Shown here: one piece after another, positions 11,750 through 26,193 of the stretch
How positions within the stretch are numbered: position 1 is the stretch's first letter
Layout: each line of letters opens with the position of its first letter
DNA from: Eledone cirrhosa
Taxonomy: Eukaryota
DNA: 64,000 nt
Assembly: GCA_964016885.1 (NCBI GenBank)
Contig: OZ024740.1
Span: forward strand, 62,868,001-62,932,000
Direction of reading: 5' to 3'
Notes under the pieces: generated by a model
What the model was told of the DNA's origin: nothing
Seen by the model: the letters and a program-made list of their open reading frames with translations, nothing else
The model's database searches: none
Made by a program: the position numbers and the translations under genes

Positions 11750-12445
11750 ACAGTCATTGATGTTATTAACCCGGGAAATTTGCCCTCAGATATTCAGGAT
11801 ATATCAGAGGGCTCTTGTTGTTCCCAGCAGGCATGCCTTCTCGAGTGTTCCAAAAAGAGGGGTTGGGCTAATGTTTTTCAACCAGCCTGGGAAACTCTTC
11901 GATATTGTAGCTAGTCCTCCTGTGTCGATGAGGACGACCTTGTTCCCATAACAGTCACAAATACTTTTCAGTTCCCACTTCAAATTCTGGTGCGGTTAAT
12001 TTTCTCCTTCTTCTTTTCTCCCACTCTTATGGCAAAGGGGCAGGCTACATCTATAATCAAGCAAGATCTTTTCTCCTTGTCAAAAACCACTAGGTCAGGC
12101 CTATTGTATTCTAATTCTTTGTCCGTTTGTACCCTGAAATTCCACAGTATCTTCACCCGGTCATTTTCTATCACCCACTCTGGCTTAATCTCATACAAAT
12201 TTTCAGGATGCGGTATGGTAATTTTTCCAGTTTTCATAAATGCCAGTGAATCACTTTTCCTATGATGTCATGCCTATCGTATACATACGGTGTGAGCCAC
12301 AGTATCCTCCCTCTCTTCACAGATCATACAGAGCGGACTAACCTCTTCCTTGCCAATATGTTGTTTAATCTACTGCGTTCTATGGGCTTGCTCATGTGCA
12401 GCCAGTAGCATCCCCTCTGTGACTTCCTTAAGGTCCCTTTTCTTT
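11750..12445 (-). pseudogene. Decayed LINE 3' end with restriction-like endonuclease
   Basis: PEWVIENDRVKILWNFRVQTDKELEYNRPDLVVFDKEKRSCLIIDVACP, a PD..D motif like that of the 25307-26110 protein. Confidence 0.8.
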
Positions 12446-13638
12446 AATCAGTTCCATGTCTGCAGATCTCTGAATTCTGTTTTCTTAAAAAAGATGCTAT
12501 AATATTCCGGGAAGGGTGGTTAGTTTTCCTCTGGCTGGTGGCTGTATCGAAAGAGGTTGTTTGGTGGACGAAGCTGAAATGACCGAAAACAGACACTTTT
12601 ATCTTGGGCCAATCCCTCATGAACTTTTCCAAGCTTCACTTGGAAAGGAAGGTGAGGGTGGAGAGGTAAGTGCTTCTCCCCAGTACATTTGCTAAAAGGT
12701 GGGTGAACACTGTGAGGATGGTCCATGCGAATGGATTTACTCTGAGCATGTGCTTTTAGGCTGGCTGATTTAGACGACAGGGATGCCCTCCCCGGGTGCT
12801 CTTGGAACGTCGGTCGGTTTAGGATTGGTGGGGTTCCTTAGTCGGCCATAGGTGGTCCTCTTTGGGGATATTTGTATTGTTATAATTATATTGTTTATTG
12901 TTATTGTTTTTACATTGTTTACCTAAGTTTTCTGTAAAACCGCCACTGTCCTCTATCTTTTTTATTGTCCCCTTACAGTATCGATAAAATAAAGCACCAG
13001 TGAATACTGGGTTCGATTTAATCGATTTTCTTTTCCCTTCAAATTGCTAACCTTGTGTCCAAAGTAGAAACATTATTTTTATTATTATTAAATGTTATCT
13101 TCATCATTGCACAGTGTTTATGTTAACTACCAGTATTTTTCTTCTTATCATCAGGCTTCATCTCGAAGCTTAAGATGATAAAATTTGCTTATTACTCTGC
13201 TAGATGGTCTCCATCACTTTTCTAATTATCCTGGCATAGCCAAGTAGGCATGCTTTTTGTACAGGCTCTATACCAAGATCAAATCCAATTTGTTGCAAAT
13301 TTTTTGTAAGATTGTCTGTTACACATCCCAGGGTTCCTATAATTATTGGTACCAATATTACCTTATTTACTTCACCCCTCCATACTTTCAGGCTTCATAT
13401 TTGAGATCCTTGTAGTAGTTTTTCATAATGTTTTTTTTTGTGTGTAAGCCCGTTGTGGTTAATAAAGAAATCATTATTATTATAATTAATTAGTTAATTA
13501 GTTCATTTTATTTTTCTCAATTCTTTTTGAATATGTTCCTATAATGATTATGTATGCTTATAATTCTTATTTTCTATGTATTTCTAGAAGTGAATTTATA
13601 TTTGTATATACGTATACTCTAGGTTGTAGGCCGTAGGG

Positions 13639-13954
13639 CAGGGGTCGGCATCCTACGGCCCGCGGGCCGGATCCGGCCCACGAGAATTGATGCCCAATGA
13701 GTTGTTTACTTAAAATTTAAATTTATTGTAATATGAGAGACGAGACTTTCGAATACAATAAAAGGCCTGCTATTTTTCCATTATCACATTCATCTGTGGT
13801 TAATACAAATTATTTTAAAGTATAGTCAACACTCGTGATTGAATTTTAGCTTGTGTAATTTTCTATAATGATTCTTTTATGGCCTTCGTCCGGCTCGCTA
13901 TCCGTGATTAATACTCGATCCGGCCCGTGGAGGCAAAGAAGTTGCCGACCCCCG
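13639..13954. mobile_element. hAT (Charlie/Buster-like) MITE
   Basis: TIRs CAGGGGTCGGCA / TGCCGACCCCCG, subterminal GGCCC repeats, imperfect 8-bp TSD CCGTAGGG / CCCTAGAG with central TA. Confidence 0.8.
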
Positions 13955-14779
13955 CCCTAGAGTTTTACAACTAAGTAGCTGGAATTTCGCAAAAAGATCA
14001 TTCTTTTCACACCTGTCACAGGATATATGGCTTTTCTGTTATTATTTCTTGTTACATACAAACAGAAAAATTAACAATATTTTATATCCTCAAGCACTGC
14101 AAGACACTTTAGAAAAAGTGACAGAGAAGATAAATTATTCATTAATACAAAATAGTACATTGTTTTCTGTTTAATGAAAATTGTTTTCCCATAAAATAAT
14201 TGTTTCTACTTTAGGCACAAGGCCAGCAATTACCCAGTGCATTACTGGTTCTTTATTTTATCGACCCCGTAAGGATGAAAGGCAAAGTCAACCTCGGCGG
14301 GATAAAATAATGAATTCATTTCTATATTTCTTTACTTCTTTGTGTATATTTATGAATCTCCATCTGAGCAATTTTCTGAATTGCTCAGATACAAGAGTTC
14401 TAAATGATCAATTAGAAATTGTGAACATATTTCTTAAGCAATTTAATCAATATATAGTGAATTCAATCCATTGTGTTTATTTCATGTATTAATATAATCA
14501 GGAAAGAATGGATACTGCTGCTAATTTATATACATTCAAATCTCTGTTAAATTCTAGTTTTGTGATTGCATGTTTGTTTATATTGCATCATATTTTACGT
14601 AATGTTAGAATCGTGTTTCTTACGTGTCAATAAAAAAAAAGAAGTAAAAGGAATGTTAAAGATTTTTCTTTAATTAATTTTTCTCTAATGTTTAGTTCCA
14701 ACAGTTTATTCTGAGTTTCAATGGTGTCACATTCAATTTTACTTTTCACCACACCGGAATCAATAAAAGTATGCCGCCG

Positions 14780-14810
<31 letters not shown>

Positions 14811-14922
14811 TAAATTTCTGAGATGCATTTGTTCGTTCTCCTTATAGCCGATTATGTCTAGGAAGAAAGGATACATTGAAACTGATGATAATAAACTACC
14901 AGGATTGGAAATACAATCTCTC

Positions 14923-15030
14923 TCTATATAAAATTCTTGGTCTCTCTCTCTGTCTGTCTGTTGCTATGCGTTCTCAAACGGATGGACCGAACAAAATCAA
15001 ATTTTACAAGTTATTAGATCCCGGGAGTGT
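14923..15030 (+). mobile_element. Probable non-autonomous Helitron 5' end
   Basis: TCTATATAAA start followed by a CTGT microsatellite and ...CAAATTTTACA, similar to 31673-31770. Confidence 0.4.
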
Positions 15031-16026
15031 CAACATGCAATTTTTATTTTCATTTGGATTAAAAAAATATATTTTATCTAAAATAGTGAACTATAGTAAA
15101 CCACCACAACGAGTCACATTTTGTATATGAGCGTATATGTGTCTGTGAGTGTGTTTGCGAGTTCGTTACTAAGTAAGTTGCATACACATTATCTTCACAC
15201 ACAGACAATTAAACACACACACACATCTATATATGTGATGACAGACAGGTGATTAAATAAATAAGACGGCAAATTGGCAGAGTCGTGAAAACTTCGAATA
15301 TAATTTTGCTATATTCCTTCTGACTCTAATTGAAATCACATCGGTTAACGTTGCCTCTCATTCTTTCAAGGTCAATAAAAAATGTATTAATTTAATATTA
15401 TTTCTACTTTTGGCACAAGGCCAGCAATTATCCCGGTGAACTACTGATGCTTTATTTCATCGACCCCGTAAGGATTTAACTCAAAGTTAACCACGGCGGG
15501 ATTTGAACTCAGACTGTAAAGATCCGTAACTCTATGCTGCAAAGCATAGCGTCTGACCCTCTACCGATACTGACAATCCGCTGTTCTAATTTAACATTGC
15601 GGGTAAATTCTTCCTCTGTGATTTTTTCTTACTTCTCTCTTTCTCTGGAAGAAATCAACTGTGTTTCAACCGGGTGAGGATGGTTAAAAGTTAAAATGTC
15701 CAAGATGTATGTCACCACAGCGTCCACAGCGACTTTATTAGCAATTAAATGTCCATGGTAGCTATATTATCATTAGGGAATTTAGTAGACGCATTATTAT
15801 TAGGAAATTATTATTATTATTATTATATAAAAATGGTATTTTGAAACATCAGCTTAATAATGGAAAGGTTAATAATTTTCTTAAAAATTCTTCGATGTTT
15901 TATGGTAGGTAGTGTATTTCTAAATAATTCACAAATATCCCATCCTTGCAGTTTCGTAACGGAACATGATGGAACAAAAACAAAATCTTACTAATATCAA
16001 GATGATATTATTTACAGTAACAAGAA

Positions 16027-16829
16027 CAGCATAGAGTTACGGTCCTTTACGGTCTCAGTTCAAATCCCGCCTTTCATCCTTACGGGGTCGATAAAATAAA
16101 GTACCAGTTATGCACTGGGATATTTGCTGGCTTTGTACCAAAAGTAGAAACAATTATTTACAGTAACAATAATAGTAATAATAATTGTTTCTTCTTTAGG
16201 CACAAAGCCAGCAATTTGAAAGGAAGGGGGAAAGTCGACTAAATCGACCCCAGTCAATTACTGGTGCTTTATTTATCGACCCCGTAAGGATGAAAGGCAA
16301 AGCTAACCTCGGCGGGATTTGAACTCAGAACGTAAAGGGCCATACCTCTATGCTACAAAGCATGGTATGTGACGCTCTACCGATACTGCCAATCCACCGC
16401 CCTATAATAATAATAATGATTTCTAGTATAGGCACAAGGCCAGTAATTTGAAGGGAGGGGGAAAGTCTATTAAATCGTCCCCAGTGCATTACTGGTACTT
16501 TATTTTATCGACCCCGTAAGGATGAAAGGCATAATTAACGGCATTCCACCTCGGTGGGATTTGAACTCAGAACGTAAAGAGCCATAACTCTATGCTAAAA
16601 AGCATGGTGTCTGACGCTCTACCGATACTGCCAACCAACCGCCCTATAATAATTGTTTCTACTTTAGGCACAAGGCCAGCAAATTACCCAGTGCATTACT
16701 GGTACTTTATTTTATCGACCCCGTAAGGATGAAAGGCAAAGTCAACCTCGGCGGGATTTGAACTCAGATCGTAAAGGGACGTAACTATGCTGGAAAGCAT
16801 GGCGTCCGACCCTCTACCGATACTGCCAA
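16027..16829. mobile_element. Cluster of SINE family A copies: one plus fragment, then three head-to-tail minus copies separated by (TAA)n
   Basis: Repeated CGACCCCGTAAGGATGAAAGGCAAAG...GGGATTTGAACTCAG...CTCTACCGATACTGCC at about 16183-16402, 16415-16643 and 16650-16829. Confidence 0.9.
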
Positions 16830-17071
16830 ATAATAAATGATAACTATAATGACGGCAATAATAAAAAAAGGGAAACAAAAGGAAAGAAAGAATAGGGAAA
16901 TATAGAGAAAAAAGAGAGGACCATTTCTGTTTCTTTGTATTTCCGTGTGTTGTGTTTGTGTGTGTGTTGTTTGTTTGTGTTTATGTATGAGTTTGCTTGT
17001 GTTTGTTTGAATGTGTGTGTGAGTGTGTATAAGAGAGCAAAATAGAATGAGAGAAGATGCGTGGGTCAGAG

Positions 17072-17104
<33 letters not shown>

Positions 17105-17215
17105 CATAGATAGATAGATAAAGAGAGAGAGAGTGAGAGGGAGAGAGAGAGAGAGAGAGGGGGGGGGGGAGAGAAAGAAAGAGAGAGAAAACTGGAGAAG
17201 AAGAACAACAACAAA

Positions 17216-17395
17216 TAATTGTTTCTACTTTTGGCACAAGGCCATCAATTATTCCAGTGCATTACTGGTACTTTATTTTATCGACCTCGTAAGGATGAAA
17301 GGCAAAGTCAACCTCGGCGGGATTTGAACTCAGATCGTAAAGGGACGTAACTATGCTGGAAAGCATGGTGTCTGACCCTCTACCGATACTGCCAA
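17216..17395 (-). mobile_element. SINE family A (others at about 7917-8080, 11598-11730, 12966-13072, 14199-14301, 15400-15585, 20130-20270, 37641-38050, 40164-40341, 48067-48215, 51340-51492, 61940-62130, 62586-62703, 63660-63850)
   Basis: Same A/B-box head, body and GGCCTTGTGCC...AGAAACAATT tail in each copy. Confidence 0.9.
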
Positions 17396-19542
17396 TAACA
17401 AATAATGCTTGTTATTAATTTTTTTTTACCTTTTGCACATCACACAATTTTGTGTTCGTGCATGCTACATCTATACTTAAACATTCATGAGCACACACAC
17501 ACCTGCAGACGCGTGATATCACACATACATGCATATATATTTAAAGCCAATTAATGTTTGTTTAGTTGGTAGCTATTGTAATTATTGTAACCTTTATGCT
17601 ATTGTTGACTTTGTAGCAAATGAAACAGAATACTAGGATTAATAATAACCCTTTATTTATAGGCCACAAGAGACAGTGCATACTATACAAAGCGTACTAT
17701 ACAAGAGTTACACAACATGTGGATATGTCCATATATACATACATATATAAAAAAAGAATAAAGAAGAGCAATCCACCCACACAGGGTTGAATTGCCGCTT
17801 CCTATGTAGGATTAAAACACCTTACAAATCTGGGCACCAATTGCAAACAGGGTCTTCCAAAGTTGCCTATAAGCATTTTCAGTTTTAGTCAATATATGAA
17901 GGGCTTCACTTCTTAACAGCGATAAGTTAGCTTTCAGTAAGTAGCTCGTACATAGTGTTCAACAGCCATCTACAGTCTGGGGATTCTTAGTATTCGTGTT
18001 CTATATCGTTCTCAGTCAGTACAGTATGTGTTTTATCTTTTTAAGCTACACTACCAAATCAAAGAGCCAGCCTATGGTTATCCATTTATATTACCGTAAA
18101 ACTTCAGTTCTCCAAGGTGTGGGTACCTTTTCAAGTCAATTTGCAGCTTCTCACTTTCTATTTTCTTTGGGCTCTTTCATTTTTCTAACCCTTTCACTTA
18201 TCGCTGTAGTGTTTTCTACAGTTCTCCCCTCTATTTACAGTCTTCATCTCTTCCCATCACCATAAAACGATGGGTTAGAAATGCTGCTTGAAGAATCCAA
18301 TCAACCTTGACTGCAGGTGGATAACACTCAGCTTTTCCCTGTTTTACATCATTGTCGGTCTTTGATGAGACTGGAACTGATATGGGGGTGATTTTTACCG
18401 CTCTGTGGTTACTTGGAGCCAAGACGGGTGGTTTGATGGGGACAGTCGCAGGAGCAGTAGTATCAACAACAGTAGCAGCAGAAGTCTTGGTGGTCTTTAT
18501 CTACGGGCATTGCTGTTGTTTTCGATGCCAAAGCTATCGTCTGCTACAACTTTCGTTTTTCGTATTCCGCCTCTAGGCATAAGACCCTCAATTGCACTAC
18601 TAATCTAATTAATATCTCTGCTCCACAATGGGGTACAATACCAGTATAGCCTTCTGGTCTTCGGGCCCATAACATGTTGTCGGAAGGACTATATGTTACG
18701 GACCAGTTCTGTGCGTCTCTCCTGTTGCAAAAGTAATGAAATGTCATTGGTCAACATCATTTTCAATATCTTTCGTCGTGTACCTCGTATCCTATCCGTG
18801 TACTGCAAAACACACTAGCGTAAAACAAAGTACTTTGAGGTAATTAGTTACGGCTCTATGATTTCCTAGTTCAAATCCCACCGGTCAAGAATGACTTCGC
18901 ATTTCGTCTTCCCTTCGAATTTGTGGTCATTTTATAACTTAGCAAAAAAGGCTAAAGTGGCGAACAAAATGATTTGTGACATTCAGATTCCACCGTTTAT
19001 TTTTCTCGTTCAAATTCTAATGGTTGAGAATGACTTTGCCTTTCGTCCTTCCAGCGAATCGATAAAATAATTACCAATTAAGTACGGGCGTCTAAATTAT
19101 CGACTGATGCCTCCTACAAGAATTTCCATCTGTGCTAATGTAAGAAATCATTATTATCATCAATTTTATTTTCTATAAGCTTCTTACATAGCTTTTAAAT
19201 TGTCCTGTTTATAGTTATCTCACAATAGACGTTTATAGCACAATAGTAATTAGATATTCCTATGACAGAATATAATGAAGACACAATTAGCGAGATATAA
19301 ATATTTGTAAGGGTAAATAATTTCAAAGGAATAGGAGTGAACATAATTCAAACGAGAAATCATACGATTTCTATTTATATCTTCATTCGGTGGGAAATAC
19401 GAGAGAAAAACGCATAGATGTGTAGTTAAGAAATTTGTTTCATACAAATGAGGTTCTGAGTTCGGCCCCATTACACTGCAGGCACCTTGAGCGTGTGTCT
19501 TCTTTTAAAGTCTCGGATAGACCAATACATTCTGAGTTGAAT

Positions 19543-19934
19543 TTACAAAACTATGATGTCATCCATCATTCTTTCATAAAACCAGAATTGCCATTACAAT
19601 AGCGGGTGGTTCTCAGTTATAAATATTAAATTTAGTTATTCATAAATATATAAGGATGATATCATTTAAAACAAAAATATCCACGTAAGATGGCAGGTCG
19701 TAATCTTTTATATTTCTAGAGGTTGCAACCAAACAGTTAAATAGAGGGAGTGATTGAGTAGAAACATAAAAAATTACGACCTGCCATCTTACGTGGATAT
19801 ATTTGTTTTAAATGATATCCTCATTATATATTTATGAATAACTAAATTTAATATTTATAACTGAGAACCACCCGCTATTGTAATGGCAATTCTGGTTTTA
19901 TGAAATAATGATGGATGACATCATAGTTTTGTAA
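19543..19934. repeat. Long inverted repeat (arms about 175 bp, spacer about 40 bp)
   Basis: 19543-19718 is a near-perfect reverse complement of 19759-19934. Confidence 0.92.
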
Positions 19935-20950
19935 TATTACACCGGTTTATTTCATTACTACAGTGTAACTGGAAATGAATTTCATGCCAGTTGAGATTAG
20001 TCCAGTGTAGTGTGATGCAATATGACTTATTTATTCATTTTTATTTTATATGGCAATTTGTGAACACTAAAAGCGAGAGTAACAATGAGGTTTTTGGTGT
20101 CTCGTCGATAAATTGAAAGGCAAAGTTAAAATCAAATCCACGAAGGTCAACTTAGCCTGCCAACCTTCCGGGGTCGATAAGATAAAGTACCAGTCAAATA
20201 CTGGGAATGATATAATCGACTTATCCCTTACGTCCAAATTGCTGGTCTAATACCTAAATTAAAAATCATTATAAGTAATAATAATATTAGTCTTATTTTT
20301 TATTGCGTCTCATCACTATATTGCCGAGCACAGACTGTGTGCCTTAGCTGTGTGCAGTGTTGTTTTAATTGTATTGAAAGCACTGTTGCTAATATGTGTG
20401 CAGTGTCTAGTTGTGTTATTTTCTGTATTCTGTATAGGACTAGCATTAGAAAGAGGTAGAGTAGAGGGAGAGTTAGATGAAGTATTTAGAAAAGTAAATG
20501 TGATCGACATACGCGCAGTGAGATTGTCCTTCGACGACTAATTCTTCAACACAAAGTCTGTGTAGTCAGATCTAGGGTGCATGATTTGGCACACGAAGGA
20601 ACTAAAGCCACCCGATCGGCCCGAGTGACGGAGAAGCAGCGTGACGACAAAGTTACAATTTGATCTTTGGATTATAAAGATGGGCGCATAAAATTCAGTT
20701 CCGTGCAAATGTGTGCAGCCTTTCAGAGACAGTTCGCTTATCTGTTCATGATGAGCGGTGGACTGGATCGCAGGTTAGGATTCAGTGCCTACTTTGACAG
20801 CCTGTAGCGATTCTCGACAATGGAGGCTCAGTAATGCGACAGATTGATAACAATCCACAAAATTGAAGAGGAGCAAATGGACGGCTTTGCATAGTCTACT
20901 CTGTCGTATTACATATATATATATATATAGAGAGAGAGAGAGGGGGTGGG

Positions 20951-20996
<46 letters not shown>

Positions 20997-21801
20997 CAGA
21001 TAAATAGAGAGAGTTTTTCTCGTCCATCAAACTTCACTCACCAGGTAATGGTAAATCCGATTGTATAAAAATGCATTTGCCCGACGTAGCGTGCAGTAGG
21101 ATTTAATCCTGAACTAAGTAATATCGCGGTGATTGTGTTGTTGGAGTGTTTCCACTATATTTATGCTTTAACTGAATATTAATCTGTGGCGTGAAACACT
21201 CAATACATATATATAAACACATGTAATAGCAATATTTTGCTATAATTCAATTGATTCACTCCTCTCGTATGGTTGGTGTAAATATCATAATTTCATTTTC
21301 ATGTTCCTAATACCTTCTTACAAATACATTAACATCACACCTGCTTTAAATTTGCCGCTTTACAAGATATATCCAAGAATTCATGCCTCAAGGAGGATTC
21401 AATCAGATAAGCAATCTGGCGCATGTGAGCTATATAAATAATCAGTGTATGTTGCATCAGATACATCCACCAATGTATTGAATTTTTGTACACGCGTACA
21501 AATACACACGCGCACACAACTCAGATACAAACACTAAAACAGACATATACACAGATACAGGTACATACACATACGTATTTATATATATTATATATATTTT
21601 ATCCTTTCACTAGTTTCAATCATTGGCCTGTAGCCCTGTTAGGACGCCGCTAATATGCGTTACTTTAGTCGATCATATCGGTTCCAGAACTTATTTCAAT
21701 CATGATCATATTTTATTTGACCGCTAGGTCAAGGAATATAGCAAAATCAACTGCATAAACACAAGCATACACACACATACTTAAAACACACGCACACATA
21801 T

Positions 21802-21854
<53 letters not shown>

Positions 21855-21980
21855 CACACGCACACACACACATACATATACATACATACATACATACATA
21901 CATACATACATACATACATACATACATACATACATACATACATACATACATACATACATACGTACATACATACATATATA

Positions 21981-24900
21981 TGGCGACCGTTGTGGTCAGT
22001 GTCCGATAATCGGACGTGTGTAATTACGGCTTACATGAAGGCAACATACCATATATTGGAAAAAGTTGAGCTACATTACGCGGTAAGATTACATACAATA
22101 ATTCTACATAAGTGTTTGAACTGTAAGTGTGTTGTAAAACACCTATTTATATGAACGATACATACACTTATGATATATGAACGATACATATACTTTAACA
22201 TATAAATGCAACGTTGTTATATTACATTTATAAAGAAATATAAAAGTAACGTTTTCGATTCAGAAACAAAAATATAAGTGTTTGAACTGTGAATGTTGTG
22301 AATATGTTGTAGAACACCTATTTATATGAATGATACATAAACTTTAACATATAAATACAGCGTTGTTATATTATATTACATTCGTAAAGGAATATACTAA
22401 GTAACGGTTCTTTTTGTTCTCGATTCAAACGATTCAAGAACAACGTTTAAAACACAGTTGTAGAATTAAAAACTAACTGAAAAGAAATATTACCCAAGCT
22501 GTGAATAACTTTAAATTTGATTCTGACAGAACTTTGTCGTAACTTTTAAAGAAGATCATCGACTATTTAAAAAAAATAAATACAAAATATTAGTGAATAG
22601 ACGAACTCATCATGGCAAAAAGTACAAGTCTCCTTCGACCAAATCGCAATTACAACCGTTGTATACAGTGGAGCTACGAGCTTAACAAAGAATTATATGA
22701 AGCATACAAACAATCTGAACCCCAAAAGTTCGGTTTTATGCAAAGGCTAAAAACTTTATGGAACTCCAAACACCCAGAATTAGACTTTTCTCCAAAGCAT
22801 CTAAATGAACAGGCAAAACGTATCATTAGATGTAAATTGATACATCTAACGGAATCGAGTGATACTACAAATACAGCCCTTGTAGACAACCACCCCACCT
22901 CCACTGACAGACAAAGAGAATGGCCAGCTAAATCTAACAGTGAACAGCTCACCAACAATTTTGCTGAAATCCATCCCACTTCCACTGAAGAACAGCGAGA
23001 AAGGTCAGCTGACTCTAGTAGTAATTGTCACCACATCAACAACGAGGCTGCAATTCATGACTCTACTGAACAAACAGAGCACCAAAAACTTGTGGGCACC
23101 CTACAAGTGATATGGAACGATATGTTTCAAGAGATACACAGCCTTAATGTGAGTGACAGACCATACAACACTAGAGTCAGTAAAGAACCCACTAAATTGG
23201 AATTGGAAGCGGTGAACGAAATAGCTGGCAATTATCTGAAGGCTATACGATCTAAAGGTGTAGAAACGACATTTGAAACGCTCAATGTTTTGTTATATGT
23301 TTCAGCTGTCACATTGCTATCATATAACACACATCTAAAACCACGCAATCAAGATACAAACAGAAAGCCTGAACCAGCGTGGATGCGAAATTTAAAAACC
23401 AAAATTTTGTCCCTGAGACGAAGTATCTCACACATCGCAGTCGTTATGAAATGCAACATAGAGAGAAACTTCACACGACACCAGGAAGACCTAAAGAAAA
23501 AGTTAGAGAGACGATTTGGAGATACCAAATTTAAAACTTTGAACTCCAAATTACACCAGTTGAAACAACAACTCACAGAAAGACTAAAATATAAGTCAAC
23601 AGCCCATAAACGACAAGTGCTAAATAGATTGTTTGCCAGAGATCCTAAATCAGTTTATCGCAGCTTCGGTGGCAAAAGCTCAATCCCTGTAAACGACACC
23701 CCTTCAAAAGAACAGGTTGAGAAATACTGGAGATCTGTATGGGAAACGGATGACGGATTCAACAGACAAGCTAATTGGCTAAAACAACTGGAACAGGACT
23801 ACTGCCAACATGTCCAGACAAAACAATATGACATAGATGGGTCAATACTGGAAACAGCTCTACAGAAAATGTCGAATAGGAAATCGCCAGGCCCAGACCT
23901 CATTACAGGATACTGGTTGAAGAATTTCACTTTCTATCGGCAAGATTTCATACGGCTGTTTACAGAAACCATTAAGGGCACACAAGAACTGCCCAGATGG
24001 TTATCAACTGCCACTACTCTCCTCATTCCCAAAAATAGCCAAACCACCCTTGCTAAAAATTACCGCCCAATTGCCTGCCAAAACATCATGTATAAATTAT
24101 ATACTGGGTGCCTTAACCTGTTCTTACAGGATCACTGTGCTACCAACAACATCATAACACCTGAGCAAGCTGGTGGAAAGAGGGAGGTGTGGGGTTGCAT
24201 AGATCACCTACTAACTAACAAAATGATTCAGGAAAAAACAACAAAGAATCGCAGAAACATGACTGTCGTGTGGCTGGACTATCAAAAAGCATTTGATAGT
24301 GTACCTCATGGGTGGATTATTAAGGCTTTACAGTTAGCTAAAGTCCCACAACCATTAGTAGCTGCTGTTGAACGCCTGACCAAGAACTGGTACACCAATT
24401 TGATCCTTAGAGGTGAGAAGGAGCAGGTTAAGACTGATAGGATACATTACCAGAAGGGCATCTTTCAGGGTGATAGCTTGTCAGTACTACTCTTCGTTCT
24501 CTCACTGAATCCACTATCTTACCTACTCAGGAAACAAGGTGGACAAAGAAGTGGGCCCAGAAGTATCTCCCATCTTTTCTTTGTTGATGACCTGAAGTTG
24601 TATGGGCCAAATATCAATGACATCAAGAAACAATTGGACCTCATTACACAATTTTCAACCGACATCAAAATGAAATTTGGTGAGTCCAAGTGTGCATATT
24701 TGGCAGTAAAACGTGGAAGAGCTGTGCCCTCCTCTAGAAATCTAGATATGAACGGCCTGACAATACAACCTCTGCAGTCAGGTGACAACTACAGATATCT
24801 TGGACAGGATGAGAATGTCAGATATGATGGACCCATAAATAAGGAGAGAACCAGAACTGAATACCTCAGAAGAGTAAAAAAAATATGGTCATCAGAACTG

Positions 24901-26193
24901 TCAGCATACAACAAATACATTGCCCACAATACCTATGCTGTGCCAATTCTAACGCCAACATTTGGCCTACTGAACTGGTCATTGCAAGAACTAAGTGAGA
25001 TGGATGTTAGAACTCGAAAACTTCTCAGTGTTACTGGGAACTTTAACATCAATGGTGATGTGGATAGGCTATACTTCTCACGCAAGGAAGGTGGCCGGGG
25101 TCTAAAATCAATTAACAACATATGAGACCCGGATAGTAACACTGAAGCAACACCTTCAACAGAGGAAAAAGGTTGGCGACCATCTTGCTCAGGTTTATGA
25201 GCATGAAAAAAGAAATATCATTAGAATAGCGACTGATCTGGAGGAGAGATATGGAATAAAGCCTGATATAAATCTCTCACCCAGAGAAATCGGAAGATCC
25301 TATTCAATGTTCAAACAAGAAAAAAAAATTGACCAATTTACAGAGAAAGTTGTGCATGGATACTTGAGGCGTAAAACACAGACCATAGAGGGGATAAACC
25401 ACTCAAAAAGCCTGGCATGGAGTTCCGACAAGTTTATGACATCACACCTTGAGGGATATCTCTATGCAATACAGGAACAAGAACTCCCTACCAAATATCT
25501 GCTGCACAAAAGAGGAGGGCCAGCAACTGACAATAAATGTAGGCTATGTAAAACAAAGATCGAGGATGTAAGCCACATTGTTGCCAGCTGCGAAAGAATG
25601 TCATCTCGCTACTACCTCCCCATGAGACACGATGGGATAGCTAGAACTATCTGGAACGCACTTCGGAAAACAAAATTAACAACAAACGAGGAAGAATATA
25701 TTGAGACAGATGGCACTAAGGAATACTGGTGGAACCTGAAAATAAAAACTGCCACCAAATTAAAGCACAACCGGCCTGATATTGTAGTTTGGGACCACAC
25801 ATTGAAAACGTGTTCTGTTGTGGAGATCAGCTGCCCACTTGATGTAAACGTTGTCAGAAAAATACAGGAGAAGGAGGACATCTATGGACCATTGATGAGG
25901 AGCTTACAAATCCAGTATCCAAGATACACCTTTAGCTTCATACCCATCATTATTGGTGCTACGGGTTATATACCAACCCGCTTCGACCAAAGTATGACCG
26001 AACTTGGATTTGCGGACAAAAAGCGCAGCTCCCTAATTCATAGTCTACAAATGGCTGTGATAGCTGGCACCTTCAAAATATGCAAAACATTCTTGCGATT
26101 CAAGGGATGACAATTTCTTTTCTTTTACAACCTTGCCACCAGGAAGGTGGCCGGTCAAAAAAATATACTCGAAATTAAGAGAAAGAGAAAACA
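21981..26193 (+). mobile_element. Near full-length R4/Dong-type (RT + restriction-like endonuclease) non-LTR retrotransposon
   Basis: Single ORF architecture. Preceded by (CATA)n. The 3' end is fixed by comparison with the second copy, which ends ...AAGAGAAAGAGAAAACA. The 5' UTR has a duplicated segment of about 160 bp (22108-22262 and 22274-22426). Confidence 0.88.
22612..26110 (+). pseudogene. LINE ORF: RT + CCHC knuckle + restriction-like endonuclease, one frameshift near 25117
   Basis: KSPGPD, NYRPIAC, WLDYQKAFDSVPH, GIFQGDSLS, HLFFVDD, YRYLG, RKEGGRGL. The shifted frame TYETRIVTLKQHL runs open into 25307-26110 with CRLCKTKIEDVSHIVASC, RHD and KHNRPDIVV...EISCP. Confidence 0.92.

Noticed and set aside
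16183-16829. Regularly repeated units resembling a CRISPR array or tRNA cluster
   Set aside because: Head-to-tail SINE copies with no unique spacers and no complete cloverleaf, in a eukaryotic context.
19855-19910. CTGAGA...GAAA in the 19.5-kb inverted repeat as a hammerhead
   Set aside because: Core lacks N7 and has no convincing stems I or III.
21713-22009. YI/YVCM/HTYI-repeat ORFs here and throughout the window
   Set aside because: Translations of (TA)n, (CATA)n and (CA)n microsatellites.
25123-25125. TGA in the LINE ORF as selenocysteine or readthrough
   Set aside because: The downstream domain is in a different frame, so a simple frameshift near 25117 explains it.
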